Positions 39,156-49,412 of a stretch of DNA of 64,000 bases are shown here, one piece after another. Origin of the DNA: Akkermansia sp. (GTDB lineage Bacteria > Verrucomicrobiota > Verrucomicrobiia > Verrucomicrobiales > Akkermansiaceae); the NCBI GenBank assembly GCA_045545975.1, contig JAZQCA010000022.1, positions 571 to 64,570 of the forward strand. The letters are read 5' to 3'. Within the stretch, counting starts at the first letter, position 1, and each line of letters opens with the position of its first letter. The notes beneath the pieces were generated by a model. That model did not search any database and was not told where the DNA came from. It saw only the letters and a program-made list of their open reading frames with translations. Made by a program: the position numbers and the translations under genes.

Positions 39156-42122
39156 ATGAGCAGACACACACTCATCACTCTGGCACTGGGACTCTGCACG
39201 CTGAGCACGCTTACCTGCTGCAGCGACAGTCAGGAACAAAGTCTCCAAAGCGACAAGATCGCCATCAAGGTATTCAAAATCAAGCAGCAGAAAGTAACTG
39301 ACCATGCTGAGTGGTTCGGCTATCTGCGCGGCAAGAATGACACGAACATCCACCCTCGAGTAACCGGCTTCCTCATTTCTCAGGAGTATAAAGATGGTCA
39401 GATTGTGAAGAAGGGAGACATTCTTTTCAAAATTGATCCCGATCTCTTCGAGGCCGAACTGGAACAGGCTGAGGCAAACCTGCGCGCGGCAGAGGCTGCG
39501 CTGAACTCAGCCATTGCCACCCGCGACCAAAACAAGCTCGACCTCGCCCGCTTCGAACAACTCGTCAAGACCAGTGCAGCCTCCGAAAAACAGGTCAGCG
39601 ATGCCCAACATACGCTCCGCGCAGCTGAGGCTAGTGTGAAGGCATGCCAAGCTGCAATCGAGCAGAGTAAAGCCGCCGTCAGCAGAGCACGCATCAACCT
39701 TGACTACACTGTCATCCGAGCCCCGTATGATGGTATCGTCGGCACGGCAAACACCTCCATCGGAGCCCTCGTATCCCCCTCTACCAAGCTGGCAAACATC
39801 ACCTCGCTCAATCCCATCCGGGTAGACTTCTCCATCAATAGCGATGGACTGGTCAATTCCTTCCGCCGCTTCGGCAATGTTCAATCCGAGAAGAAAGACC
39901 CCACTCTGACTTCACCCCGCTTTGACATCATCCTGGAAGATGGCTCGACCTACCCATACAAAGGCACACTGCTTTCCATGGAGAGCAAAGTAGCCTCCAC
40001 CGGGCTGATCGATGTGGAAGGGGAAGTGGAAAACCCGGCTGCACTACTGCGCGGCGGCATGCCCATACGCGTGAAAGTTCCGTTGGGGGAGAAGGAAGCC
40101 ATGCTCGTCCCGCAGGCAGCCATCCGTACAGTACTACGCAATAACTTCATCATCGTCGTAGACAAGAACCATGTCCCCCACACGGTTCCCGTAGTCCTCG
40201 ATGGAAAGTATGACATCACCATCACGGAAGAAGACGGCTACACAACCACACAGCAACTCGTTGCCATCAAAGACTACGCACGCCCTCTCACAGATTACTT
40301 CCGTGAATACGGCTATGAGAACATCGCGGATGTTCCCGTTGTTGCCGACCCGGACAACGGGGTGCGCGCCATGAACATCTCCTCAGCCAACAGCCGACTT
40401 ACCGACTCTTCCGCACCAAAAGGAACGATAGAGACGACAGCATTCACATTCCGCCCCTCTCTGACGGCTGCCGAAAAAAGCGCCATCGACCAAGTGAGGA
40501 AAGGCGAGGCAGCCCCCCCTGCTGCTGACATTGCAGCCACCTGTCCGCCCTTCCCGGTTCAGGTCATGCCGCTCGTTCAGCAAGATGTGACTGTGCAGGA
40601 TGAATGGTTCGGCACGCTTCGCGGCGAGGAAGAGACGGACATCCGCCCCAAGGTCAGCGGCTTCATCCTCACCCAGAACTTCCGCAACGGCACACTCGTC
40701 AAAAAAGGAGACGTTCTTTACACCATCGATCCTGCACCATACCAAGCAGCTCTTGCAGAAGCAGAGGCAAATCTGCTCAGCGCGCAAGCTGCTCTGGAAC
40801 AGGCCCAGGCTCAGCTGGACCAAAGCCGAGCCAACCTCGAGCGTTACAAGAGATTGGTTGCAACTTCCCCCGGTGCCATCTCCGAAAAAACCGTGACCGA
40901 CGCCACGACATCCGTCCAGACCCACGAGGCTGCGGTCAACAAAGCGGAAGCTACCGTAGCCCAGATGACCGCAGCCCGGAATCTCGCAAAGATCAACCTG
41001 AGCTACACGACCATCACTGCCCCCTTCAATGGTCGAGTCGGCATCGGCAAGCCCTCAATCGGAGCACTTGTCAGCCCGAGTGATCCACAGCCACTCGTCA
41101 CACTCTCCTCCGTCAACCCCATACGGGTCGACTTCAGTGTGAGCGGCAAGGGCGCTCTGACCAGCATTGAAATGATGCAAAAACCCAAGGCCGAGGGAAC
41201 CGCAGCTCCCCAGTTCGACCTCGTCTTGAAGGATGGTTCCATCTACCCGGCCAAAGGTGAAATAATCTCCATGGACAATGCTCTTAACCAAAGCACCGGA
41301 ACATTCAGCATTGTCGGTCGTGTAGAAAACGTTGACCAAGGACTTCGCAGCGGCATGCCCGTGCGCGTGAGAGCCAACCTGCAGCCACTCAAGGGAGCCT
41401 TCCTCGTTCCGGCACGAGCACCCTTGAGCGCCAATGGTCGAGATCTGCTGCTACTGGTAGCTGAGGACAAAGCCCCTACCCCCCTTCCCATAACCAAGGG
41501 ACCGCTCGTTGTTGTGCCTGTAGTTGAGGATGGTGGCAACAAAGTTCTGCAACCCATGTATGTTGTGGATGTCAGCAGGGAAGACATCATCCCTCTCATG
41601 CTGATTAAGAGCGGAGCCTCCAGTCTGGATGCCATGATTCTCGAAGCCGAGCAAGTTGCCAGCTGGGATGAACTGGCGCTCAAACATGAAGGGGTGAGCG
41701 ACTTCCGGGCTCTGCTCGAAAAGCAGATCGGTCACGCCCTGGCTGACGATCTACCGGCACAGGAAGGAGCCGCAGACTGGAAGGCTCTTGCTCTGCGCCG
41801 AAATGGAGTGAAGAACAGCAAGCAACTTGTCCTGCAATCCATGGGACTAAAAGATGAGCTCGAACTCATCGCCCGCAAGCAGGGGTTCAGCTCAGCCATG
41901 GAAATGGTCCTGCATTCCATGAACTTCACCGATATCAAGAACGTACCCGTCATTGTTGAAGGCAGCATCATGGTGGCAAATTTCACCTTGGCTACCAACA
42001 CGGCAAAGAACACCAGGGCGAACAAAGTCACCCCCACCCCCTTCCATTATGTAGCCCCTCGCACAGTGGTCGACTCCGTCACAGCAGATGCCGACACCTC
42101 GATCGCACCGCAGTATAAATAA
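39156..42122 (+). CDS. RND periplasmic adaptor (MFP) lipoprotein with two fused MFP units
   Basis: Lipobox LTCC; unit 1 EWFGYLRGKNDTNIHPRVTG..KGDILFKID..LDYTVIRAPYDG; unit 2 EWFGTLRGEEETDIRPKVSG..KGDVLYTID..LSYTTITAPFNG. Confidence 0.9.
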   Translation: MSRHTLITLALGLCTLSTLTCCSDSQEQSLQSDKIAIKVFKIKQQKVTDHAEWFGYLRGKNDTNIHPRVTGFLISQEYKDGQIVKKGDILFKIDPDLFEAELEQAEANLRAAEAALNSAIATRDQNKLDLARFEQLVKTSAASEKQVSDAQHTLRAAEASVKACQAAIEQSKAAVSRARINLDYTVIRAPYDGIVGTANTSIGALVSPSTKLANITSLNPIRVDFSINSDGLVNSFRRFGNVQSEKKDPTLTSPRFDIILEDGSTYPYKGTLLSMESKVASTGLIDVEGEVENPAALLRGGMPIRVKVPLGEKEAMLVPQAAIRTVLRNNFIIVVDKNHVPHTVPVVLDGKYDITITEEDGYTTTQQLVAIKDYARPLTDYFREYGYENIADVPVVADPDNGVRAMNISSANSRLTDSSAPKGTIETTAFTFRPSLTAAEKSAIDQVRKGEAAPPAADIAATCPPFPVQVMPLVQQDVTVQDEWFGTLRGEEETDIRPKVSGFILTQNFRNGTLVKKGDVLYTIDPAPYQAALAEAEANLLSAQAALEQAQAQLDQSRANLERYKRLVATSPGAISEKTVTDATTSVQTHEAAVNKAEATVAQMTAARNLAKINLSYTTITAPFNGRVGIGKPSIGALVSPSDPQPLVTLSSVNPIRVDFSVSGKGALTSIEMMQKPKAEGTAAPQFDLVLKDGSIYPAKGEIISMDNALNQSTGTFSIVGRVENVDQGLRSGMPVRVRANLQPLKGAFLVPARAPLSANGRDLLLLVAEDKAPTPLPITKGPLVVVPVVEDGGNKVLQPMYVVDVSREDIIPLMLIKSGASSLDAMILEAEQVASWDELALKHEGVSDFRALLEKQIGHALADDLPAQEGAADWKALALRRNGVKNSKQLVLQSMGLKDELELIARKQGFSSAMEMVLHSMNFTDIKNVPVIVEGSIMVANFTLATNTAKNTRANKVTPTPFHYVAPRTVVDSVTADADTSIAPQYK

Positions 42123-42143
42123 ACCTTTCATCGCCAGCATCCC

Positions 42144-45100
42144 ATGTCCCCCTACTTCATCAAGCACCCCATCATTGCAGGCGTCATCTCCATCGTTACC
42201 ACGATGTTGGGTGTGATCTGCATGCTTGCTCTTCCCATCTCCCAATACCCGGATATCACCCCCATCACCATTCAGCTGAGTGCGAACTATCCCGGTGCGA
42301 ATGCTCAGGAAGTGGCAGATGCCGTTGCAACTCCCATCGAGCTCCAGCTCTCCGGCATTCAGAAGCTCGACTACATGAGCTCCACCTCATCCAACAATGG
42401 TTCATGCTCACTCAACGTCATCTTTGAGCCTGGTTCGGACGCCAATACCAACCAGCAACTCACTTACATGCGCTACAGTCAGGCAACTTCCCAGTTGCCC
42501 AATACAGTTGCACAGATGGGTGTGACCATCAAGCAGTCCGCAGGTCTGCCCCTCATGATCTATGCCATCGACTCCCCCGAAGGCTTCTTCAACCCCATCG
42601 ACCTCACAGGTTACGCTTACATCAACCTGGTAGATCCTGCCAAGCGAGTCAAGGGCGTGGGTGACGTGATGGTATTCGGTGGCAGATATGCCGTGAGAAT
42701 ATGGCTCGACAGCGAGAAAATGGCTCAGAAAGGCATCTCCGTTGATCAAGTGTACGATGCCATCGCCAAACAGAACGACATCAACCCCGGCGGCTCGGTC
42801 GGTGCAGAGCCTATGCCCGATGGCCAGGAATTTACTTTTACCATCCGCAACAAGGGGCGAGTGGAATCCATCGAGGAGTTCGGCGACATCATTATTCTGC
42901 AAGATCGTACCCAAGCCGTTCGACTGAAAGATATATCCAAAATCGAGCTCGGCTCCCAGAGCTACTCAATGGCAGGACGAGTAAACGGACAACCGGCAAC
43001 CTGTCTGGCCATCTATCAGGCGGCAGATGCCAATGCACTCGAAACCGTTGAGGCACTACGCAAACTCTTTGATGAAAAGCAGAAAGTCATGCCCGAAGGC
43101 ATGCGCGGCTTCGTAGCGCTGGACACCACCACCACCGTCAGCGACTCCATCAACGAGATTATCCACACACTCTTTGAGGCCTTGGTGCTGGTAGCCTTGG
43201 TCGTATTCCTCTTCCTCCAGGGCTGGCGTGCAACCCTCATTCCCCTCATTGCCGTACCGGTGTCTCTCGTCACCACCTTCTGCTTCTTCCCCATCTTGGG
43301 ATTCTCTCTCAACACCATCTGTCTGCTGGGCATGGTACTGGCCATCGGTCTGGTTGTAGACGATGCCATCGTGGTTGTAGAGGCAGTGGAATCCCACATG
43401 GAAAACGGCATGACCCCACGACAGGCCACCTTTGCAGCAATGAAGGAAGTTAGCGGTCCCGTTGTAGCCATTGCTCTGGTACTTGCGGCAGTATTCCTCC
43501 CCTCGGTACTTCTGCCCGGAATCACCGGTACTCTCTTCCAGCAATTTGCCGTCACCATTGCCGTCTCCATGCTCATATCGGCCTTCAACGCCCTCACCCT
43601 CTCACCGGCGCTCTCGGCCCTCATGCTCAAAAATAAAAAGGAGCACAAATCTCTTCTCACTCCTTTCTACAATACCTTCAACCGCTGCTATGACAAGGTA
43701 GCAGGCACTTTCGCCGGAATCTGTGGTTACCTCTGCCGCAACCTCTGGATGTCCATGCCCATACTTGCCGGATTGACCCTGCTCATCATTCCGACTGCAA
43801 AAATGGTACCGGGTGGCTTCCTGCCCTCAGAGGACCAGGGCTTCCTCATCGCAGGTGTCATCATGAAACCCGGCAGCTCCCTCCAGAGACTCACGGAAGA
43901 AACAGTCCCCGTAGAGCAAACACTCATGAGCGACAATTCCGTAGATCAGGTCGTCTCCATCATTGGCATGAACCTCATGATCGGCGTTCAGACAACAAAC
44001 GCCATGACCTACTTCGTCAAGCTTCATGATTTCGACAAGCGCCCGGTCGATATTAATGGGCAACATCCCACAGCCAAGGACGTCTACGAGCGCCTCAACG
44101 CCAAACTCGCCATGTGCGGTGCAGACGGCATGGTATTCACCGCCATGCCCCCGGCCATTCCGGGTGTAGGCACAGGCAATGACATCACCTTCGTGCTGGA
44201 AGACATGGAAGGACAGGGGGTGCCTGAGCTGTACCGGCAAGTCAAGAGACTGGAAGCAGCCCTCGAAGAGCACCCTGCCATAGCCAGTGCCACCGACATG
44301 TTGTTGCCTGCCGTACCGCAGAAAAGCATTGCCATTGACAAGGACAAATGTCTGGCACAAGGTGTGGACTACGCCGGAGCCAACAGTCTGTTGCAGTGTT
44401 TCAACGGTTCTCGCTTCATCAACTACTACACCCAGTTCGGTCAGCAATGGCAAGTCTACATGCAGGCAGCCGGCATCAACCGAACAAACACCGACCAGAT
44501 CGCCAACTTCTACGTTGCCAACAACAAGGGCGAAACCGTCCCCCTCAGCACACTCGTCACCATCAAAGACATCGCCGACACGGAATTCGTACAGCACAAC
44601 AACAATTACAACGCCGGTAAGATCAGTGTAAAACCTGCTGACGGCTACTCCTCCGCTCAAGCCATGGCTGCCATCGAAGAAGTATTCAACAGCACAATGG
44701 ACAAAACCAAGTTCAGCTACTCCTATGTAGACATGAGCTTCCAGGAGAAGAAGGTCCAAGATGGGCTGGGGCTGGGCGCCATCTTCACCCTCTCGGGTGT
44801 GTTTGCCTTCCTCATCATGGCTGCTCTGTACGAGAAATGGACCCTGCCGCTCTCCATCTTCCTGTCCGTACCGGTTGCCGTACTGGGCGCCTTCCTCGGG
44901 CTCTTGCTCTTCGATATGACGCTCGATCTTTATGCGCAGATCGGCTTGGTCATGCTGGTAGGTCTGGCGGCCAAAAACGCCATTCTCATCGTGGAATTTG
45001 CCGTTCTACAGATGGAGCGCGGTCAGGAACTGCTGGAGGCTGCCGTCACCGCGGCTCGCATGCGCTTGCGCCCCATTCTCATGACATCCTTCGCCTTCAT

Positions 45101-45335
45101 TCTCGGCTGCGTACCGCTGCTCACAGCAGAAGGCTCAGGAGCTCTCGCGCGCAATGCCATTGGCGTCGTGGTAGTCATTGGCATGAGCATTGCCACACTC
45201 GTGGGCGTATTCTTCATCCCCTGCTCCTTCGTCTTCATCATGAAACTCTTCCGCTCCAAGGTGAAGAAAGGTCACCATGGTGCAGATCCGGATGAAGAGT
45301 TTGCCTATGCCAAACTGGCCCAGGAAGAAGAATAA
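42144..45335 (+). CDS. RND efflux permease (HAE1, AcrB/MexB-like)
   Basis: FIKHPIIA, LPISQYPDI, GLVVDDAIVVVE, GLAAKNAILIVE, RLRPILMTS. Confidence 0.95.
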   Translation: MSPYFIKHPIIAGVISIVTTMLGVICMLALPISQYPDITPITIQLSANYPGANAQEVADAVATPIELQLSGIQKLDYMSSTSSNNGSCSLNVIFEPGSDANTNQQLTYMRYSQATSQLPNTVAQMGVTIKQSAGLPLMIYAIDSPEGFFNPIDLTGYAYINLVDPAKRVKGVGDVMVFGGRYAVRIWLDSEKMAQKGISVDQVYDAIAKQNDINPGGSVGAEPMPDGQEFTFTIRNKGRVESIEEFGDIIILQDRTQAVRLKDISKIELGSQSYSMAGRVNGQPATCLAIYQAADANALETVEALRKLFDEKQKVMPEGMRGFVALDTTTTVSDSINEIIHTLFEALVLVALVVFLFLQGWRATLIPLIAVPVSLVTTFCFFPILGFSLNTICLLGMVLAIGLVVDDAIVVVEAVESHMENGMTPRQATFAAMKEVSGPVVAIALVLAAVFLPSVLLPGITGTLFQQFAVTIAVSMLISAFNALTLSPALSALMLKNKKEHKSLLTPFYNTFNRCYDKVAGTFAGICGYLCRNLWMSMPILAGLTLLIIPTAKMVPGGFLPSEDQGFLIAGVIMKPGSSLQRLTEETVPVEQTLMSDNSVDQVVSIIGMNLMIGVQTTNAMTYFVKLHDFDKRPVDINGQHPTAKDVYERLNAKLAMCGADGMVFTAMPPAIPGVGTGNDITFVLEDMEGQGVPELYRQVKRLEAALEEHPAIASATDMLLPAVPQKSIAIDKDKCLAQGVDYAGANSLLQCFNGSRFINYYTQFGQQWQVYMQAAGINRTNTDQIANFYVANNKGETVPLSTLVTIKDIADTEFVQHNNNYNAGKISVKPADGYSSAQAMAAIEEVFNSTMDKTKFSYSYVDMSFQEKKVQDGLGLGAIFTLSGVFAFLIMAALYEKWTLPLSIFLSVPVAVLGAFLGLLLFDMTLDLYAQIGLVMLVGLAAKNAILIVEFAVLQMERGQELLEAAVTAARMRLRPILMTSFAFILGCVPLLTAEGSGALARNAIGVVVVIGMSIATLVGVFFIPCSFVFIMKLFRSKVKKGHHGADPDEEFAYAKLAQEEE

Positions 45336-45378
45336 ACGCCCCTCAACTTCCATCATTCAGGAGCTTCCTCTTCACTCG

Positions 45379-45408
45379 CCGCTGCATGCCATATATGGTA
45401 TGCAGCGG
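45379..45408. terminator. 30-bp near-perfect palindrome between the RND operon and tRNA-Arg
   Basis: CCGCTGCATGCCAT-AT-ATGGTATGCAGCGG (one G:T pair). Confidence 0.45.
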
Positions 45409-45608
45409 TTCCGCTTTAACAGGCAGCAGAATACCCCTCCGGCACCTTGACAGACCGCATCAACCGCTTACCATTCGTCAACGATTACTGCCCACCCAAT
45501 ACGGAGACTTGCCATCCACCGCCGGCTCAACACGCACAACATGGCCATTTTCCGCAAATCGCAAAATTAACTCAAAAGACTTGCACTAAACAGCATATAA
45601 CGAACAAA

Positions 45609-45680
45609 TAGCCTCGACGGGAATCGAACCCATATCTGCCCTTTAGGAGAGGGCCGTTCTATCCATTGAACTACGAGGCC
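45609..45680 (-). tRNA. tRNA-Arg(CCT), CCA not encoded
   Basis: GGCCTCG/CGAGGCT acceptor (G1:U72), anticodon arm GCCCT-CTCCTAA-AGGGC, T loop TTCGATT. Confidence 0.94.
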
Positions 45681-45734
45681 GCGTGGCGATATTACACACC
45701 ATTATATCGGCTTTGGCAAGCCAGAAGTGTGACT

Positions 45735-46565
45735 TCAGGCTTGAAAAGCACAGCGAAGAGCAGAAATCTGCTCGGGGGAAAGATGCTTGGAAAGCACGGG
45801 GAGCATGCGAGCAAAGTACTCAGCGGGGGTCCAACCATGGAGAGGCTGGGGTGCCGGCTTGGCGTATGCCCAAGTGGGGATGGGCAGCACCAGGTCGATG
45901 ACTACGGTAGTGGCAGCAGCCATTCTCTCCAGCAGAGCGGTTACAGCAACAGCCAGCGAGGGATGTGCTGCAAGCGCACCTTGTACCCAACTAAAACTGA
46001 GGTGGTTCCCGGAGGGAGTGATGGTGGATATGAGCTCTTCCAGACGATCAATCGGCAACTCGTAGAGGGCTTCCAGAACGGGCAGAACCCTCATATCACT
46101 CAGTCCGAGCAGCGCCTCCAGAACCGCAGCCGGAACATCTCGACGAGCGCGCAGCAACCTTCCCAGCTCGACTATGCCGGTCAACTTATCGTCGGTGCCG
46201 GGAGCAGGCTGTGCCAATGTGGCGATCTGCATGGCAGCAGTACGGCTGAGCACGGGCTCGGGCTCAGCCAGAGCATAGGGCAACAGCGCTCGCCATCCAT
46301 CTCCCTTGCGGGCTGTTACGAAACGCACCAGCTGTGCCAAGCTGCCCTTGCGCCCTTCCGGGGAAACCCGAGAGACGAAAATGGAATAGGCTGCGATGTT
46401 ATCCTGCAAGCGGTCGGGGTCATTGCTAGTGACCAGACCGCAGGCAATCATGGCCAATGGCCATTCATCGGCGCCTATTTCCTGCACACGGGCAGGATCC
46501 TGAACCATGGCAGCCAGGCGCTCCAGCTCGGAAAGCATGGAGAAGTTATCCTGAAAAAGTCCCAT
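45735..46565 (-). CDS. Hypothetical all-helical protein
   Basis: 276-aa ORF co-oriented and closely packed with upstream genes; no motif recognised. Confidence 0.65.
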   Translation of the reverse strand: MGLFQDNFSMLSELERLAAMVQDPARVQEIGADEWPLAMIACGLVTSNDPDRLQDNIAAYSIFVSRVSPEGRKGSLAQLVRFVTARKGDGWRALLPYALAEPEPVLSRTAAMQIATLAQPAPGTDDKLTGIVELGRLLRARRDVPAAVLEALLGLSDMRVLPVLEALYELPIDRLEELISTITPSGNHLSFSWVQGALAAHPSLAVAVTALLERMAAATTVVIDLVLPIPTWAYAKPAPQPLHGWTPAEYFARMLPVLSKHLSPEQISALRCAFQA

Positions 46566-46583
46566 ACCAGATCTTTTCCGATA

Positions 46584-47519
46584 TCAGTTTGTTCCACCCG
46601 GAAGCGTGGAGACGCCGAAAGGATCCTCGCTGCCGGTTGAAGGTGCTGCCGGTACACCGGGAGTGGAGCCGAAGGGATTGGCAGGGTCTATACCAAAGGG
46701 ATTAGCTCCGGGGATGGCAGAAGGGGCAGGTGCAGGAGTGGCAGGAGCCGGAGTAGCAGTCGGCTGCGGCTCAGGCTCTGGGGTGGCTGTGGGTACGGGT
46801 GCATCCACCTCCAGAAGTGCCTCACGAAGCCCCACGATGTTCTCGCGAACGATGGGGCTGTAGGGACAGGCAGAATGCAGTTTCTCGTACCAGGTTCGAG
46901 CACCTTCGATGTCGCCGCTCTGCTTAGCAAGGTCGCCCAAGGAGAGGTAGGCAATGGCTGTGTAGGGGTTAGCGGGTTCTGCAATGAGCTCTTTCCAGTA
47001 GTTGACAGCCTTTTCCGTCTGTTCCTCGCTCATGTAATAGGTTGCGATGGAGGCAAGAGCGCGGGCTTTCAGCAGAGGATGGGTGGTAGAAGCAGCCAGA
47101 GTGTCGAGCTGTGCGATTCCGCTTTCTGCCTTGGCGGAGTCGGTAAGCATGGCCAGAGCTTCGAGCAGCTGAGCCAGTTCAGCAGAGTTAGTATCCCCGA
47201 ATTCAGCTTTCACCTGATTGAGGATGGCGGTGTCGTACTTTACGGGGTCAACGGATCCTTCGGGGGCGTGAGCGCTCATGGACTGTACGATAAGTGAACC
47301 GGCCTGTTCCTGCTGCTCAGCCTTGTAGGAATAGTAACCGATACCGGCACTGGCTACCACCATGAAGGCGATACCGCCGATGATGAGTTTCTTGTAATGT
47401 TTGTTGAGAAAGATCTCGTGCTTAGCCGGTCCGAGTTCGATCTCACCGATGGCTTTGATCTCCTCGGGGGAGAGAGGCATTTCGTCCGGATTGGTGGGGG
47501 TGGGGGTGTGCTTGTCCAT
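46584..47519 (-). CDS. Membrane-anchored TPR protein (YfgM/TPR_21-like) with a Pro-rich tail
   Basis: Single TM after YKK, helical repeats (YLSLGDLAKQSGDIEGARTWYE), PAPA/GANPFG tail. Confidence 0.7.
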   Translation of the reverse strand: MDKHTPTPTNPDEMPLSPEEIKAIGEIELGPAKHEIFLNKHYKKLIIGGIAFMVVASAGIGYYSYKAEQQEQAGSLIVQSMSAHAPEGSVDPVKYDTAILNQVKAEFGDTNSAELAQLLEALAMLTDSAKAESGIAQLDTLAASTTHPLLKARALASIATYYMSEEQTEKAVNYWKELIAEPANPYTAIAYLSLGDLAKQSGDIEGARTWYEKLHSACPYSPIVRENIVGLREALLEVDAPVPTATPEPEPQPTATPAPATPAPAPSAIPGANPFGIDPANPFGSTPGVPAAPSTGSEDPFGVSTLPGGTN

Positions 47520-47522
47520 GGT

Positions 47523-48464
47523 TCAGGATTTGTAAAGGTTGCTGAGCATGTGGATTCGATCCACGTCAAAGTAATTGTTGATGCCGAGGTTGTGGTAAAT
47601 TTCCAGCGTTGCCTTGGAACGATTGAGGGTGTAGAAATGTATGCCGTCCACGTCAGCATCCAGCAGTTCTGAACACTGATTACTGGCGTAGTTTATACCA
47701 ATGCGCTCAATGCTCTTCTTATCACCGCCGGCGCGGAGCATGGCTTTGAGAAGGCGAGCGGGGAAATTGGTTCCTGCGGAAAGTTCGGCCATGCGGTTCA
47801 TGCTGGAGATGGAGGTAACGGGCATAATCCCGGCAATAATCGGCACATCGATTCCCAGCAATCGGCAGCGATCCCTGTAATCGAAAAAGGCATGATTATC
47901 GAAGAAAAGCTGGGTGCAGATGTAGTCGGCCCCCTCATCGAGCTTAGCCTTCAGATAATCCATCTCGCGTATGCGATTACGGGTATCGGGATGCCCTTCA
48001 CAAAATCCGGCCACTCCAATGGTCAGGCGATTAGGCAGTCGATTACGATCTTCCCAATCTCGGATGAAACGCACAAGCTCGGAGGCGTGCCGGAAATCAT
48101 CCTTCGAAGCATCGTAATCAAAATTGCGAGGGGGATCTCCCCGGAGTGCCAGAATGGCACGGGCTCCGGCATTCGCGTACCCCTCCAGAATTTCCTCAAT
48201 CTGAGCAGCGGTATGCCCCACACATGTCAGATGGGGTACAGTGGGTATGCCCCGCTGTTGGATGTCATGCACCACGGAACGGGTAAGCTCACGGGAACTG
48301 CCCCCTGCTCCGTAGGTTACACTCACAAAGCTGGGACGAAACTCCTGAAGACGTACAATGGTATCGAGCAAAGAGCGAGCGCCTTCCGCCGTCTTGGGAG
48401 GAAAGAACTCGAAGGAAAAAGTCGGAGTATTGTCGAATAGTGCAGACTTCGTGCGAGTGGTCAT
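47523..48464 (-). CDS. metF: 5,10-methylenetetrahydrofolate reductase
   Basis: FSFEFFPPKT, FVSVTYGAGG, PHLTC, LALRGDPP, TQLFFD, GIMP, GIHFYTLNR. Confidence 0.96.
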   Translation of the reverse strand: MTTRTKSALFDNTPTFSFEFFPPKTAEGARSLLDTIVRLQEFRPSFVSVTYGAGGSSRELTRSVVHDIQQRGIPTVPHLTCVGHTAAQIEEILEGYANAGARAILALRGDPPRNFDYDASKDDFRHASELVRFIRDWEDRNRLPNRLTIGVAGFCEGHPDTRNRIREMDYLKAKLDEGADYICTQLFFDNHAFFDYRDRCRLLGIDVPIIAGIMPVTSISSMNRMAELSAGTNFPARLLKAMLRAGGDKKSIERIGINYASNQCSELLDADVDGIHFYTLNRSKATLEIYHNLGINNYFDVDRIHMLSNLYKS

Positions 48465-48475
48465 GGGAGTATAGC

Positions 48476-49222
48476 TCAGGGCTGGGGGATGGCCTCAACC
48501 GGAGCAGCGGCCGAATCTTCCGAAGCGGGAACACTGAGAGGCTGGGGCGTGAGGAAGGTGTTGTCGCGGCGCAATTCCCGAGCGGAAGCAAAGGGAGAAA
48601 AGATGACTTCGTCTCCCGGGCTGGGAAGAAGGGTTTGGCTGTCGACATCTACTTGCGTCTTGCCGAATTCCTGCGGGCGTAGGGTGGCCCCTATCTGCCC
48701 GGATTCATCGTCGCGGTAGTCGATTGTGGCCTCACACAGCACGACTCCCTGGCGCCGCACGGCTACAACCAAGCCATCATTGAGCACATCGTCAATAGCC
48801 GGCTTGAACATGATGGAAACCCACTCCTTGTTGAAAGACGTCACCAAACCGATGGCTCCATCAGTTCGTTGAGCATCGGCAGCTGCCTTTTCCTCTGCCG
48901 CCCGAGCAGCAGCTGCCTTGCGCTTGGCCTCTTCGATGACGGCCTGCTCCTCAGCCTCGTACACCTCCTCCTCTGCTTGGCGATCAGCCTCGGCGGCATC
49001 AGAATATGCACCGGCCAGCTCCGGATCATCAGTGCCCTCTTCATAGGCACCTACGCGCTCACGATGACCTGCAGTTTGGCGATCATTCTGCTCAGAGCGA
49101 CGAGAAATATCATAAATATGACGATCAGCCTGCATGCCGGGCAAAGTTACAAACACTACATAGACCATCAGTCCAACGGTCACGGTAAGTAGCGCAAGTA
49201 TAGTGATGCGAAAACCATTCAT
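48476..49222 (-). CDS. Membrane-anchored hypothetical protein with a charged coiled coil
   Basis: N-terminal TM, EEQAVIEEAKRKAAAARAAEEKA coil, beta-rich C-terminus; start at ATG 49222 after TTGCAA-16-TATACT. Confidence 0.65.
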   Translation of the reverse strand: MNGFRITILALLTVTVGLMVYVVFVTLPGMQADRHIYDISRRSEQNDRQTAGHRERVGAYEEGTDDPELAGAYSDAAEADRQAEEEVYEAEEQAVIEEAKRKAAAARAAEEKAAADAQRTDGAIGLVTSFNKEWVSIMFKPAIDDVLNDGLVVAVRRQGVVLCEATIDYRDDESGQIGATLRPQEFGKTQVDVDSQTLLPSPGDEVIFSPFASARELRRDNTFLTPQPLSVPASEDSAAAPVEAIPQP

Positions 49223-49412
49223 GCGGGTCAGTATAGCACATCGCGACAGGCTTGCAAGCTCATTGTATGTCAGAAATGGGCGTGTTGACAGCATTTATAA
49301 TGCCCAGCAGAAAAAAACGCCTCGTTCTCAGGAGAAATCGCGTGTTAATGCCGGTGCGGGCAATATTTGGGCTTGCAAGACGCATCATTCGAGAGTATAA
49401 GAAAGAACGACC

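Noticed and set aside
48465-48475. Leaderless promoter or SAM riboswitch for metF
   Set aside because: TATACT is only 3 nt from the ATG with no well-spaced -35, and the 11-bp gap leaves no room for a riboswitch. metF is more simply read as co-transcribed from the 49222 promoter.
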